A DNA stretch of 64,000 nucleotides from Mustelus asterias (lineage: Eukaryota): positions 1,116,001 through 1,180,000 of the forward strand of contig NW_027590135.1 in the NCBI RefSeq assembly GCF_964213995.1, given 5' to 3'. The notes beneath the pieces were generated by a model, which made no database searches, was not told where the DNA came from, and was given only the letters and a program-made list of their open reading frames with translations. Below, piece by piece: positions 1 to 11,400 of the stretch. A program made the translations under genes and the position numbers. How positions within the stretch are numbered: position 1 is the first letter of the stretch; each line of letters opens with the position of its first letter.

Positions 1-613
1 AACCAGAGGGCACAACCTCAGGCTAAAGGGACGATCCTTTAAAACAGAGATGTGGAGTAATTTCTTCAGCCAGGGACTGGTGAATCTGTGGAACTCTTTG
101 TCGCAGAAGGCTGTGGAGGCCAAGTCATTGAGTGTTTTTAAGACAGAGATAAATAGACTTGATTAATAAGGGGACCAGGGATTATGGGGAAAAGGCAGGA
201 GAACGGGGAAGAGAAAAATATCAGTCATGATTGGCGGATAAGACTCGATGGGGCGGCACGGTAGCACAGTGGTTAGCACTGCTGCTTCACAGCTCCAGGG
301 ACCTGGGTTCGATTCCCGGCTTGGGTCACTGTCTGTGTGGAGTTTGCACATTCTCCTCGTGTTTGCGTGGGTTTCCTCCGGGTGCTCCGGTTTCCTCCCA
401 CAGTCCAAAGATGTGCAGGTTAGGTTGATTGGCCAGGTTAAAATTGCCCCTGAGATGCGTAGGTTAGAGGGATTAGCGGGTAAATATGTGGGGGTAGGGC
501 CTGGGTGGGATTGTGGTCGGTGCAGACTCGATGGGCCGAATGGCCTCCTTCTGCACTGTAGGGTTTCTATGATTCTATGAGTGGCCTAATTCTGCTCCGA
601 TAACTTATGGTCT
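1..613 (+). mobile_element. CR1/HER1-type LINE 3' end, interrupted by an HE1 SINE at 251-580
   Basis: Degenerate ORF2 C-terminus (TRGH...FF.Q..V.LWNSL) and 3' UTR GACTCGATGG|...|GTGGCCTAATTCTGCTCC ending in TTATGGTCT. Confidence 0.85.
251..580 (+). mobile_element. HE1-like tRNA-derived V-SINE, full length
   Basis: tRNA-like head (GGTAGCACAGTGG A-box, GGTTCGATTCC B-box), central GTGTGGAGTTTGCACATTCTCC...CCACAGTCCAAAGA domain, CR1-like tail ending (TTCTATGA)n. Confidence 0.9.
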
Positions 614-2840
614 CACACACTGTATCAGAGTGAGTAAATCCCACACTCACACACGGTATCAGAGAGTGAATAAATCCCACACACACACACTGTATCAGAG
701 AGTGAGTAAATCCCACACACACACTGTATCAGAGAGTGAGTAAATCCCACACACAAACACTGTATCAGAGAGTGAGTAAATCCCACACTCACACAGTATC
801 AGAGAGTGAGTAAATCCCACACTCACACACTGTATCAGAGAGTGAGTAAATCCCACACTCACACACTGCATCAGAGTGAGTAAATCCCACACACACACTG
901 CATCAGAGAGTCAGTAAATCTCACACTCACAAACTGTATCAGAGAGTGAGTAAATCCCACACTCTCACACTGTATCAGAGAGTGAGTAAATCCCACACTC
1001 ACACACTGTGTCAGAGGGTGAGTAAATCCCACACTCACACACTGTGTCAGAGGGTGAGTAAATCCCACACACACTCACACACGATATCAGAGAGTGAATA
1101 AATCCCACACACACAGTATCAGAGAGTGAGTAAATCCCACACACACACACTGTATCAGAGAGTGAGTAAATCCCACACACAAACACTGTATCAGAGAGTG
1201 AGTAAATCCCACACTCACACAGTATCAGAGAGTGAGTAAATCCCAGACTCACACACTGTATCAGAGAGTGAGTAAATCCCACACTCACACACTGCATCAG
1301 AGTGAGTAAATCCCACACACACACTGCATCAGAGAGTGAGTAAATCTCACACTCACAAACTGTGTCAGAGAGTGAGTAAATCCCACACTCACACACTGTA
1401 TCAGAGAGTGAGTAAATCCCACACTCTCACACTGTATCAGTGAGTAAATCCCGCCCACACACACTGAATCAGAGAGTGAGTAAATCCCACACTCACCCAC
1501 TGTATCAGAGAGTGAGTAAATCCCACACTCTCACACTGTATCAGAGAGTGAGTAAATCCCACACTCTCACACTGTATCAGTGAGTAAATCCCGCCCACAC
1601 ACACTGAATCAGAGAGTGAGTAAATCCCACACACACACACTGAATCAGAGAGTGAGTAAATCCCACACTCACCCACTGTATCAGAGAGTGAGTAAATCCC
1701 ACACTCACACACTGTATCAGAGAGTGAGTAAATCCCACACTCACACTGTATCAGAGAGTGAGTAAATCCCACACTCACACACTGTATCAGAGAGTGAGTA
1801 AATCCCACACACACGCACTGTATCAGAGAGTGAGTAAATCCCACACTCACACACTGTATCAGAGAGTGAGTAAATCCCACACACACACACTGTATCAGAG
1901 GGTGAGTAAATCCCACACTCTCACACTGTATCAGTGAGTAAATCCCACACACACACACTGTATCAGAGGGTGAGTAAATCCCACACACACACACTGTATC
2001 AGAGTGAGTAAATCCCGCCCACACACACTGAATCAGAGAGTGAGTAAATCCCACACTCTCACACTGTATCAGTGAGTAAATCCCACACACACACACTGTA
2101 TCAGAGGGTGAGTAAATCCCACACACACACTGTATCAGAGTGAGTAAATCCCGCCCACACACACTGAATCAGAGAGTGAGTAAATCCCACACTCACCCAC
2201 TGTATCAGAGAGTGAGTAAATCCCACACTCTCACACTGTATCAGAGAGTGAGTAAATCCCACACTCTCACACTGTATCAGTGAGTAAATCCCGCCCACAC
2301 ACACTGAATCAGAGAGTGAGTAAATCCCACACTCACACACTGTATCAGAGAGTGAGTAAATCCCACACTCACACACTGTATCAGAGAGTGAGTAAATCCC
2401 ACACTCACACTGTATCAGAGAGTGAGTAAAGCCCACACTCACACACTGTATCAGAGAGTGAGTAAATCCCACACTCACACACTGTATCAGAGAGTGAGTA
2501 AATCCCACACACACACACTGTATCAGAGAGTGAGTAAATCCCACACTCACACACTGTATCAGAGAGTGAGTAAATCCCACACACACACACTGTATCAGAG
2601 GGTGAGTAAATCCCACACACACGCACTGTATCAGAGTGAGTAAATCCCACACTCACACACTGTATCAGAGAGTGAGTAAATCCCACACACACACACTGTA
2701 TCAGAGGGTGAGTAAATCCCACACACACGCACTGTATCAGAGAGTGAGTAAATCCCACACTCACACACTGTATCAGAGAGTGAGTAAATCCCACACACAC
2801 GCACTGTATCAGAGAGTGAGTAAATCCCACACTCACACAC
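614..2840. repeat. Minisatellite A, ~32-36 bp unit CACACACTGTATCAGAGAGTGAGTAAATCCCACACT
   Basis: About 60 tandem units directly visible; explains all Cys/Ser-rich ORFs at 695-2914. Confidence 0.97.
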
Positions 2841-3017
2841 ATTACCAGAGATTCACAGTTCCGGAAGGAATCCCACACTCCCGCACAGTCCCTCTGTGGA
2901 GAAGGGTCCCTCACACCGACAGCCAGGCGACATTTCCCGGTGGATCTTTACACACTGACAAACGGGCGCTGGACATTCTTTGTGAAATGTATTTCCTGAT
3001 TGTGGTCAGGGGGCTTG

Positions 3018-3171
3018 TGATTGGCGGAAACACCTCAATCTGATTGGTCTGTTTTCATATCCACTCAACTGAATCCCGGATAAGTGACTGTAATAACTTT
3101 CAAAATGTCCAATCACAATCATTGCTTTCCCAATTCCTCATTAGCATAGTTCTGTGGGACTGTCTATTTAA
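3018..3171 (+). promoter_or_regulatory. H2B promoter: CCAAT boxes, octamer-like CTCATTAGCAT (3137-3147), TATA-like TATTTAA (3165-3171)
   Basis: GATTGG at ~3019 and ~3042, CCAATC at ~3109; octamer-like motif directly upstream of TATA, the usual H2B-box layout. Confidence 0.75.
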
Positions 3172-3216
3172 TCAGCGCTCGGAAGGGGTTTGCTTTATTT
3201 CTGTGTGAAATTGGAG

Positions 3217-3603
3217 ATGGCTGATGAGAAGAAAACAACATCGAAACCAGCTCCCAAGAAGGGGGCGAAGAAAGTGATTAAGAAACCGGGAACAAAGGGC
3301 GGCAAGAAGCGGCGAAGGTCGAGGAAGGAGAGTTACTCCATCTACATCTACAAAGTGATGAAGCAGGTTCACCCCGACACCGGCATCTCCTCCAAGGCCA
3401 TGAGCATCATGAACTCGTTCGTGAACGATATTTTCGAGCGCATCGCGCGTGAGGCTTCCCGCCTGGCCCATTACAACAAGCGCAGCACCATCAGCTCCCG
3501 GGAGATCCAGACCGCCGTGCGCCTGCTGCTGCCCGGGGAACTGGCCAAGCACGCCGTGTCGGAAGGGACAAAGGCGGTGACCAAGTACACCAGCTCCAAG
3601 TAA
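3217..3603 (+). CDS. H2B: Histone H2B, replication-dependent (128 aa; true ATG at 3217)
   Basis: MADEKK...[27 protein letters not shown]...[25 protein letters not shown]; intronless; followed by stem-loop. Confidence 0.98.
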   Translation: MADEKKTTSKPAPKKGAKKVIKKPGTKGGKKRRRSRKESYSIYIYKVMKQVHPDTGISSKAMSIMNSFVNDIFERIAREASRLAHYNKRSTISSREIQTAVRLLLPGELAKHAVSEGTKAVTKYTSSK

Positions 3604-3639
3604 AACTCCCCATGGACTGAAAAACATCCCAAACACAAC

Positions 3640-3680
3640 GGCTCTTTTAAGAGCCACCCACAATCTCTGTGAAAAAGCTG
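3640..3680 (+). terminator. Histone 3' stem-loop (3640-3655) and downstream element of H2B
   Basis: GGCTCTTTTAAGAGCC then ACCCA; purine-rich GAAAAAGCTG at 3671-3680 (U7-binding type). Confidence 0.95.
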
Positions 3681-4933
3681 CGCCATCTTTTCCCTTATTG
3701 AGTGAATGAGAAATGTCTTTCTGGAGGATAGAGATTTGTCCCGGTGCTGAATGTTGTGAATGGGACTTCATACCCGCCCCTCACACACACTTTCTCATTG
3801 AAGGGACAATCAAACTGAACTGAGAGCGGATTATAAACCCCAGTCTGGGGATCGCCACGGACAATGGGCAGAAAAAATATCAGGAGGTAATTATTTAAAT
3901 TTAATTATAACTATATTCAGACTTTCACGACTCTGAATTAAATTGTTATTTTTTTCTCGGGTGATCTGGGAGCCGCTCCCGGAACAGAGTAAAGGCGGGA
4001 ATGAAGAGGTTCTTCTCGGGCTGATCTGTTTATTCCGCAGTTTTCCCAGAGGACGGAATCACTGAGATTTCTGCACACACGGGACCTGAGTCCATTGCAG
4101 CGCTTTAAGATCTGCCTCCCCCCGGCCCTCCTTTTTCTCCGGTGACAAAGCTGCCTGTTCCACCGGCGGGATCGGGCCGGGGATTCTCTCCGCACTTCCC
4201 ATTGTAACATTCCCGGCCGCTTTCAGGGGAGAGGATCAGAAATCAGCCGTTTCCCTCTGTCCCTGTGAAGCCTGTGTGAAGGAGTTGGTTGGTAATCTCT
4301 TTGTTTCTGCTTTTCCACTGAGCTGAGATTTGCTCCGTTTTAAATTGCTGAACGGGGTCTGATTACCGCGGGTTACAGATAAGAGATTGAGAAATTCAAA
4401 CGGTTCCTAAAATAGCGCCAGGATTCTGAGGGAAAATACAATAAACAGATTATAAAGTGTGAGATTGAAATAGTTTCCTGAACATTCAGGCGTTCCGTTA
4501 TTTTGTATTTTTCCTGCACTGAAATTGGCGGGTTTTTCCAGTTTGAAAATGTGAACCAATCAAAACCTCCCATTTCTTCTCCCTGGTTCTCCGATTGGTT
4601 AAGAATGTGATTGAAATGTGAGTGACCAATCAGAGCTGGAGTCTGGCTGCAGCCTCACAAACCGCTCACAATGATTATTAATAGAGATTAAACTGACGGA
4701 ATCTGGATTTGAGATATTGAATGTACTTTGTTTCCACAGATAAATATTTGACAGATCCAAAACAAACGTGATATTTCCTCCACACAAGTTACAGGGAAAT
4801 TGTCGCCAACTCCTTCTCACACACAGTCCGTACATTGTCACTGACAGCTCAGAGACACAGACAGCTGATCAATTCCACAGACCCAAACTGCAGGAGAGAC
4901 AGATGTTGTGCCTATTTGATGGCCAATTCTCGT

Positions 4934-5016
4934 ACCAGGATGGCCGAGTGGTTAAGGCGTTGGACTTAAGATCCAATGGACATATGTCTGCGTGGGTTCG
5001 AACCCCACTCCTGGTA
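4934..5016 (+). tRNA. trnal-uaa: tRNA-Leu(TAA), apparently intact
   Basis: ACCAGGA/TCCTGGT acceptor stem, TGGCCGAGTGG A-box, anticodon loop CT-TAA-GA, long variable arm, GGTTCGAACCC; TTTTT terminator at 5023-5027. Confidence 0.96.
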
Positions 5017-6199
5017 AATGCATTTTTAACACGACAGTCTGCACCCTCTCCTTTCCTTCTCCCCTCTACTCTATGAACGGTATGAATCGTCCGTTTTACA
5101 CAAGAAGCAATACCTTTCACTGTATACCAATACATCAAAACAAACTCAGTGCCATTGATAGGGGAATCCATAAATCCCAGTCCAAATTCTCACCTAATAT
5201 TGGATCATCACTGTGTCAATCCCACAATAGAGCAGCCACAGCTCCAAATTCAATATCTGATCAAACTGACAAATGGTTTTCGGTTAAAAGTTACACAATG
5301 TACCTTAACAATGTACACTGAGATTCGAGTTAAATACCACCCACATCAGGGGTTTAAAAGTGGCCCATAGTTTGTATCCTCACAAATACATTCGATACAA
5401 AGCCTCATCTCAAATACATTCTCAGATTGAGATATTCTGAGAGCTCGTATAACCTGAGATACAAATTCAGATTCCAGTTGAAAACTCACCCAGATTATGA
5501 AACTTAAAGTTACAATATCAATTTGATTACTATGAAAGAACTATAGCTTATTAACTAATCCTAACTCTCCACTCACACTGAGCCAGATGGACGATACTAT
5601 ACGAGTTCCAGACTGAGTTTCCTTTTACATTCATGTCAAAATTCTTACTCAGAATCAGACTGAGTGTCACAGATCAAATCAGTGTGAACAACCTGAGTGA
5701 AGCTTGCATAGCAATCCAGTATCAGATTGAAGGATACATTATCTTTCACAATTGTGTTCAGTGTGACACAGATTTAATGTTGGGCCGAAATTCACACACA
5801 TTGTTTGCTTCAAACCTACCACATCAGTGGCCTGTTGCTTTGCTGGAAATTTATATGGAATGAATCCAAATTTATAAATAGATTGAAGATTACACGATGA
5901 ATCCCATGCTCACACTGAGTCATAGAGTCTGACAGACACACGATAATTCTCAAACATGTGCTCAGTGTTAGATGAATGACTCATGCTGCACAGACAGCAC
6001 CAGGGACTGAACGTTACATCTGATTATCACACTTACATAGCAGTATCCCAGACACTGAGTACCAGCGACAGATTCAGAATGATCCTACACTCACACACAT
6101 TATGACAGTCTGACCAATACACATGATTTGCACCCTTTAGAAACAGCAGCAGATATACTCAGATGCTGAATGAACCCCAAATGTGAGTTCCAGTAGCTC

Positions 6200-6930
6200 A
6201 TCTTGGAGGTAGTAAGTACTGCTGCCACTGTGTGTCAGTGGTCAAGGGCATGTGTGTTTACAGATGGGATGTCAATCATGAGGGATGCTTTGTCCGGGAT
6301 GGTGTCAAACCTCTTGAGTGTTGCTGGTGCTGCATTAACCCAGGCAAGTGGAGATTAATCCATCATACTCCTGATTTGTGCCTGGTAGATGGTGAACAGT
6401 GTTTGGCAGTCAGGATCTTTGTTACTCACCATGGAATTCTGTGTCTCTGACCTGCCTTGTAGCCCTTGTATTACATCGCTAGTCCAGTTGAAGGTAATCA
6501 CAAAGATATTGATATGATTTCATTTAATGTCAAGGGACAATGGTTAGATTCTCTCTTGCTGGAAATGGTCTTGGTCTGGTACATGTGTGGTATGATTGTT
6601 ATTTGCCACATCTCAGCCCAAGCTTGGATACTGTCCAGTTCTTGCTGCATTTAGGAATGGGCTGCTTCGGTAACTGAAGAGTCCTGAATGGTGCTAAACA
6701 TTGCACAGTCATCAGCGAGCATCTCCAATTCTGACCTTATGGTGGAAGGGTCTGGGACAGTAACTTGACAAACTCGGGAAATGATCTCCTGAGGATGAAA
6801 TGACTGACCACCACAACCATCTTACTTTATGCTGGATAAAGTTCCAACCAGTGGAGAGGTTTTCATGATTCCCATCGACTTTGCTTTTGCTGAGGATCCT
6901 TGATGCTGAACTCGGTCAAATCCTGTTTTG
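6200..6930 (-). mobile_element. Degenerate non-LTR retrotransposon fragment (second CR1-clade-like family)
   Basis: Minus strand reads TIYQAQIRSMMD.SPLAW, an RT C-terminal region; related pieces at ~56210-56500, ~59660-59900 and ~60880-61170. Confidence 0.6.
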
Positions 6931-7124
6931 ACAGGATCTCAGAGGATCTCAGAGGATCGTTAGTCAGTGGAATTCCCTTCCCCAGACAACAGTTGAGACT
7001 GGATCATTGAATATGTTCTAGGCTGAATTAGACAGATTATACAAGGGAGTGAATGGTTGCTGCAAAAGTTCGAAAAGTCGAATTGCAGCCACAATTATTT
7101 TAGTTATGATCTTTTTCCTTGGTC

Positions 7125-7450
7125 CATTCATAGGATGTGTGCATCACTGGCCAGCATTTATTACCCATCCACGGATCGAGTCAACCACATTGCTGTCACT
7201 CTGAAGTCACATGTAGGCCACACAAGGTAATTTCATCAGATTTCCTGCCCTAAAGCACATTAGTGAACCAGATGGATTTTTCCAACAATGGTTCCATCGC
7301 CATCACTAGATTCTTATTTTCAAATTACTTTTGATTGAAATCAAATTCTACCATCTGTTGTGGAGGGTTTCGAACCTGGGTCCCCAGAACATTAGCTGAG
7401 TTTCCAGATTAATAGTCTAGCGATGATACCACAAGACCATCGCCTCCCCT
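7125..7450 (-). mobile_element. Second tRNA-derived SINE family
   Basis: Minus-strand head GGGAGGCGATGG...GGTTCGAA and core CATCTGGTTCACTAATGT..TTTAGGG.AGGAAATCTG; related copies at ~14180-14510(-), ~48910-49100(+), ~61990-62290(+). Confidence 0.65.
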
Positions 7451-8628
7451 TCTTGAATGATGGTGCAGGACTGAGGGGCTGAATGGCCTGACTCCTGCCC
7501 GTATTTCTAATATGATAGTAACCGTCATAATTGATTCCATTTTATTTTGATTTTTGGTTTTCATCTATATTTTCTCTTGATTTTGCTTTCAGCTGGCAGT
7601 TGGTCGTCATTCTTCAATTCACACCTCCTTCAGACACATCTCTGTTTGCTGTTACTTGTTCCTTTCCCACTCCCTTTAGCCTTGCAGCACCAATTATTTT
7701 ATTACTTAATCACTCCTGCCCTCCACCTTGCTTTGGAAAGCACAAGACAAAAGGTTCCACTAATTTCAGTAATGAGGCAGGAGCAGGATTAATTAATAAT
7801 CTGACAGTAAATAAACATCAAACACTGAGTGACCACAATATGTTAGAGGCAGACATTCAGTGCGAGGAGAAAGGACACACGCAGGTCACAGTTTTGACCT
7901 TAAGTTAGGCCGAGAAGGGTGAAATGTGTTGTAAACTGAACACGTTAAAATCCGTCCAGCTGTGAAGAGGCGAATCAAGGGAACAATCAGAGAGACTGAA
8001 AAAAGTATTTCATACAATGTGTATCTAATGCAAGCCTGAAGAAAGGAAACTTCACTTTCTCAGTTTATGGTGATTTTGGGAACTGAATTTCATGTTTTAA
8101 ACCAGTAATTAAGAAAAAAATAGTGATTTCTGTCCAAATAATGATTAACTCTGTCTTTAACGTGATGCTGTGTGCGCTGTGCTGATATTCTTGTCCTTCT
8201 CAATAGTACATGTCACAGGGAGGACGCTGCTGCCCATATAAGCATGGTGGCTTACTGCAGGGTGCCCCGTAGATCAGAAATAGTGCAGCTAATATGTCTA
8301 AACTTCACTAGATTGTTTTCATTGAAGAAAATAGCGGTTTTTCTATTCGGACAATCATAGAGTGATGGTGAATAATTCAAGATCATTCGGATCATCACGC
8401 CTGTGTCAGCTGTTTGGGAGAAACGGGCTGAAAGGGACAAACCTTGGCTTGTGTATCTTTGCTACATTTACAGCTTGTGTCCGTGTGTGAGTAAATGGCA
8501 TTTCAGCGATCATTCAAATGTTAACGAGTAGCGAGAAGCGGAAGAAAATTACAGCATCCTGGGCGGGAATGTCAAATCATTTTGAAGGAGCCGCTGAGGA
8601 TTTTTTTTTGCTGTTGCTCAAAACGTAA

Positions 8629-8690
8629 TGGCAGAGAATCCATCGATCTCTGGGTTATGGGCCATCACGCTTCCGCTGCGCCACTCTGCG
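8629..8690 (-). pseudogene. Initiator tRNA-Met(CAT) pseudogene, T-arm deleted
   Basis: Reverse complement GCAGAGTGGCGCAGCGGAAGCGTGATGGCCCATAACCCAGAGATCGATGGAT-TCTCTGCC; vertebrate tRNAi-Met lacking the T-loop/B-box. Confidence 0.85.
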
Positions 8691-8857
8691 ACACAATTAA
8701 AATTGCCTGCGAGCTGTTAATAATGTGTCACGGGTATTCACTTCCGTGTTCATCATTGGAGTGCATGCGCTCGGTTGCTCCCCCTGGCGCCACAATTCCA
8801 CTGTCACCAAGAATGGAAAACACAGAAAGACACACAGACGATGCGACAGATAGTCAG

Positions 8858-9746
8858 GATGACACGAAGATGGCTGAACTTGCGGATAGCGAAGAGCATT
8901 GTCGGGCAATACAGCAGGATATAGATAGGCTGGAAAATTGGGCGGAGAGGTGGCAGATGGAGTTTAATCCGGATAAATGCGAAGTGATGCATTTTGGAAG
9001 AAATAATGTAGGGAGGAGTTATACAATAAATGGCAGAGTCATCAGGAGTATAGAAACACAGAGGGACCTAGGTGTGCAAGTCCACTAATCCTTGAAGGTG
9101 GCAACACAGGTGGAGAAGGTGGTGAAGAAAGCATATGGTATGCTTGCCTTTACCGGATGGGGTATAGAGTATAAAAGCTGGAGTCTGATGATGCAGCTGT
9201 ATAGAACGCTGGTCAGGCCACATTTGGAGTACTGCGTCCAGTTCCGGTCACCGCACTACCAGAAGGACGTGGAGGCGTTAGAGAGAGTGCAGAGAAGGTT
9301 TACCAGCCTGGTATGGAGGGTCTTAGCTATGAGGAGAGATTGGGTAAACTGGGGTTGTTCTCCCTGGAAAGACGGAGAATGAGGGGAGATCTAATAGAGG
9401 TGTACAAGATTATGAAGGGGATAGATAGGGTGAACGGTGGGAAGCTTTTTCCCAGATCAGAAATGACGTTCACGAGGGGTCACGGGCTCAAGGTGAGAGG
9501 GATGAAGTATAACTCAGATATTAGAGGGATGTTTTTTACACAGAGGGTGGTGGGGGCCTGGAATGCGCTGCCAAGTAGGGTGGTGGAGGCAGGCACGCTG
9601 ACATCGTTTAAGACTTACCTGGATAGTCACATGAGCAGCCTGGGAATGGAGGGATATAAACGATTGGTCTAGTTGGACCAAGGAGCAGCACAGGCCTGGA
9701 GGGCCGAAGGGCCTGTTTCCTGTGCTGTACTGTTCTTTGTTCTTTG
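8858..9746 (+). mobile_element. 5'-truncated CR1 LINE (RT C-terminus + 3' UTR)
   Basis: DDTK...WQMEFNPDKCEVMHFG...LVRPHLEYCVQF...FFTQRVVGAWNALP with stops and frameshifts; tail (TTCTTTG)n. Confidence 0.93.
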
Positions 9747-9872
9747 ATACACAAGATCACACACAGTCAAAGGAGAATGGACTGACTGATCATTAATGTA
9801 AATCCCAAGATGTCTCCTGTTCCTAACCTTCTTCTTCTTGTTTAATTCTGCTTCCTTGTTTCTAAATAGATC

Positions 9873-10545
9873 CTCTGCTGTGGAACTGTGATCTCTGCTG
9901 CGGAACTGTGATCTCTGCTGCGGAACTGTGATCCCTGCTGTGGAACTGTACTTTCTGCTGTGGAACTGTGATCTCTGCTGTGGAACTCTTTTCCCTGTTG
10001 TGGAAAAGTTCTCAGTGCTGTGGAACTGCGATCCCTGCTGTGGAACTGTGCTCTCCGCTGTGGAACTGTGATCTCTGCTGTGGAACTGTGATCTCTGCTG
10101 TGGAACTGTGATCTCTGCTGTGGAACTGTGCTCTGCTGTGGAACTGTGAACTCTGCTGTGGAACTGTGCTCCCTGCTGTGGAAATCTGCTCTCTGCTGTG
10201 GAACTGTGATCTCTGCTGTGGAACTCTTTTCCCTGTTGTGGAAAAGTTCTCAGTGCTGTGGAACTGCGATCCCTGCTGTGGAACTGTGATCTCTGCTGTG
10301 GAACTGTGTTCTGCTGTGGAACTGTGCTCTGCTGTGGAACTGTGAACTCTGCTGTGGAACTGTGCTCTGCTGTGGAACTGTGAACTCTGCTGTGGAACTG
10401 TGCTCCCTGCTGTGGAACTGTGCTCTCTGCTGTGGAACTCATTTCCCTGTTGTGGAAAAGTACTCTCTGCTGTGGAACTTTGCTCTCTGCTGTCAAACTG
10501 TGATCTCTGCTGTGGAACTGTGCTCTCTGCTGTGAAACTGTGCTC
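9873..10545. repeat. Minisatellite B, 18-20 bp unit CTGCTGTGGAACTGTGATCT
   Basis: About 33 tandem units; source of the repetitive ORFs 9669-10496 and 10012-10563. Confidence 0.96.
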
Positions 10546-10549
10546 AGGG

Positions 10550-11300
10550 GTTACATTTTCCACTCTCCAAACTGCTTAGACTGTTAAAGAATGTAGAGAA
10601 TGTTGGATCCATTATTCCCATTGCCACTTCCTTTCGTATCCTGTGATGTAAGTTATTGGGCCTTGGAGATTTTTCAGCCCTCAGTCCCATTAATTTCCCC
10701 AGCACTATATATTTCAGTATATTAATTCCCCCCAATTTCTAGACCATGGTTCCTGAGCATTGCTGGGAAGTTATTTGTGTGTTCCTCCATGAAGACAGCA
10801 TGAAAACACTTATTTAATTGTGCTGCCATTACCTTGTTCTCCGTTATAAATTTGCCCATATCCGAATGCAAAGCACCTAAATTTGTCTTTGTTATTTTTT
10901 TTCATATACTAACATAAGCTTTAATAGTCCAATTGTAAGCGACTTGCAAGTTCACTCTCGTACAGCATTTTATCCCTCTAATCAATCTCTTTGTCCTCCT
11001 TTCCTGAAATAAAAACTGTTCCCAATCCTTGGGGTTGCATCTTTTTCTTTCAACTTTATAAAAATCATCATCAGATCTAATAATACCTAATTTTATTAGC
11101 CATGATTGGGTCATTTTTCCTGTTATGTTTTTGCGACTGAAGGAAATGTACAACTGTTACAATGCAAGCATTTCTTCCTTAAATATCAGACACTGCCTAT
11201 CCACCTTCGTGCCCCTTCATCGAGTTCCCCAATCTATTTTAGCCAACTCACCTGTAATACATTCTGAGTTTCCTTTGTTTAGAGCTGGGACTTCAGTTTA
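10550..11300 (-). mobile_element. Old CR1 LINE fragment (region upstream of RT)
   Basis: ORF 10544-10735 VLGKLMGLRAEKSPRPNNLHHRIRKEVA resembles the CR1 K.PGPD..HPR.LKE motif. Confidence 0.75.
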
Positions 11301-11315
11301 AGCTTGGATTTGAAT

Positions 11316-11352
11316 CCATCTGACGAAGGAGCTGTGCTCCGAAAGCTTATGG
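11316..11352 (+). ncRNA. Minimal type-I hammerhead ribozyme in a Penelope terminal repeat
   Basis: ccat-CTGACGA-a-ggagc(tgt)gctcc-GAAA-gc-TT-atgg: intact core, stem I ccat/atgg, stem II 5 bp, palindromic stem III AAGCTT. Confidence 0.85.
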
Positions 11353-11400
11353 TATTTGCTACCAAATAAACCTGTTGGACTTTAACCTGGTGTTGTGAGA

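Noticed and set aside
251-330. SINE heads as tRNA genes
   Set aside because: A/B boxes are followed by SINE body and LINE-derived tail, with no closed acceptor stem.
695-2914. Cys-rich ORFs resembling zinc-finger or metallothionein proteins
   Set aside because: They are translations of minisatellite A in several frames, with no gene structure.
3190-3216. N-terminal extensions of H2B and H2A (29989-30039) in the ORF track
   Set aside because: They lie in the 5' UTR/TATA-proximal region and break homology; canonical starts are 3217 and 30040. The H2B extension begins at a TTG.
3172-3771. Long antisense ORFs over histone genes (also 29986-30438, 31361-31945, 33334-33642, 35355-35978)
   Set aside because: Expected shadows of GC3-rich histone codon usage.
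9669-10563. Gln/Ser-rich 275-aa and 183-aa ORFs
   Set aside because: Translations of the 20-bp minisatellite B.
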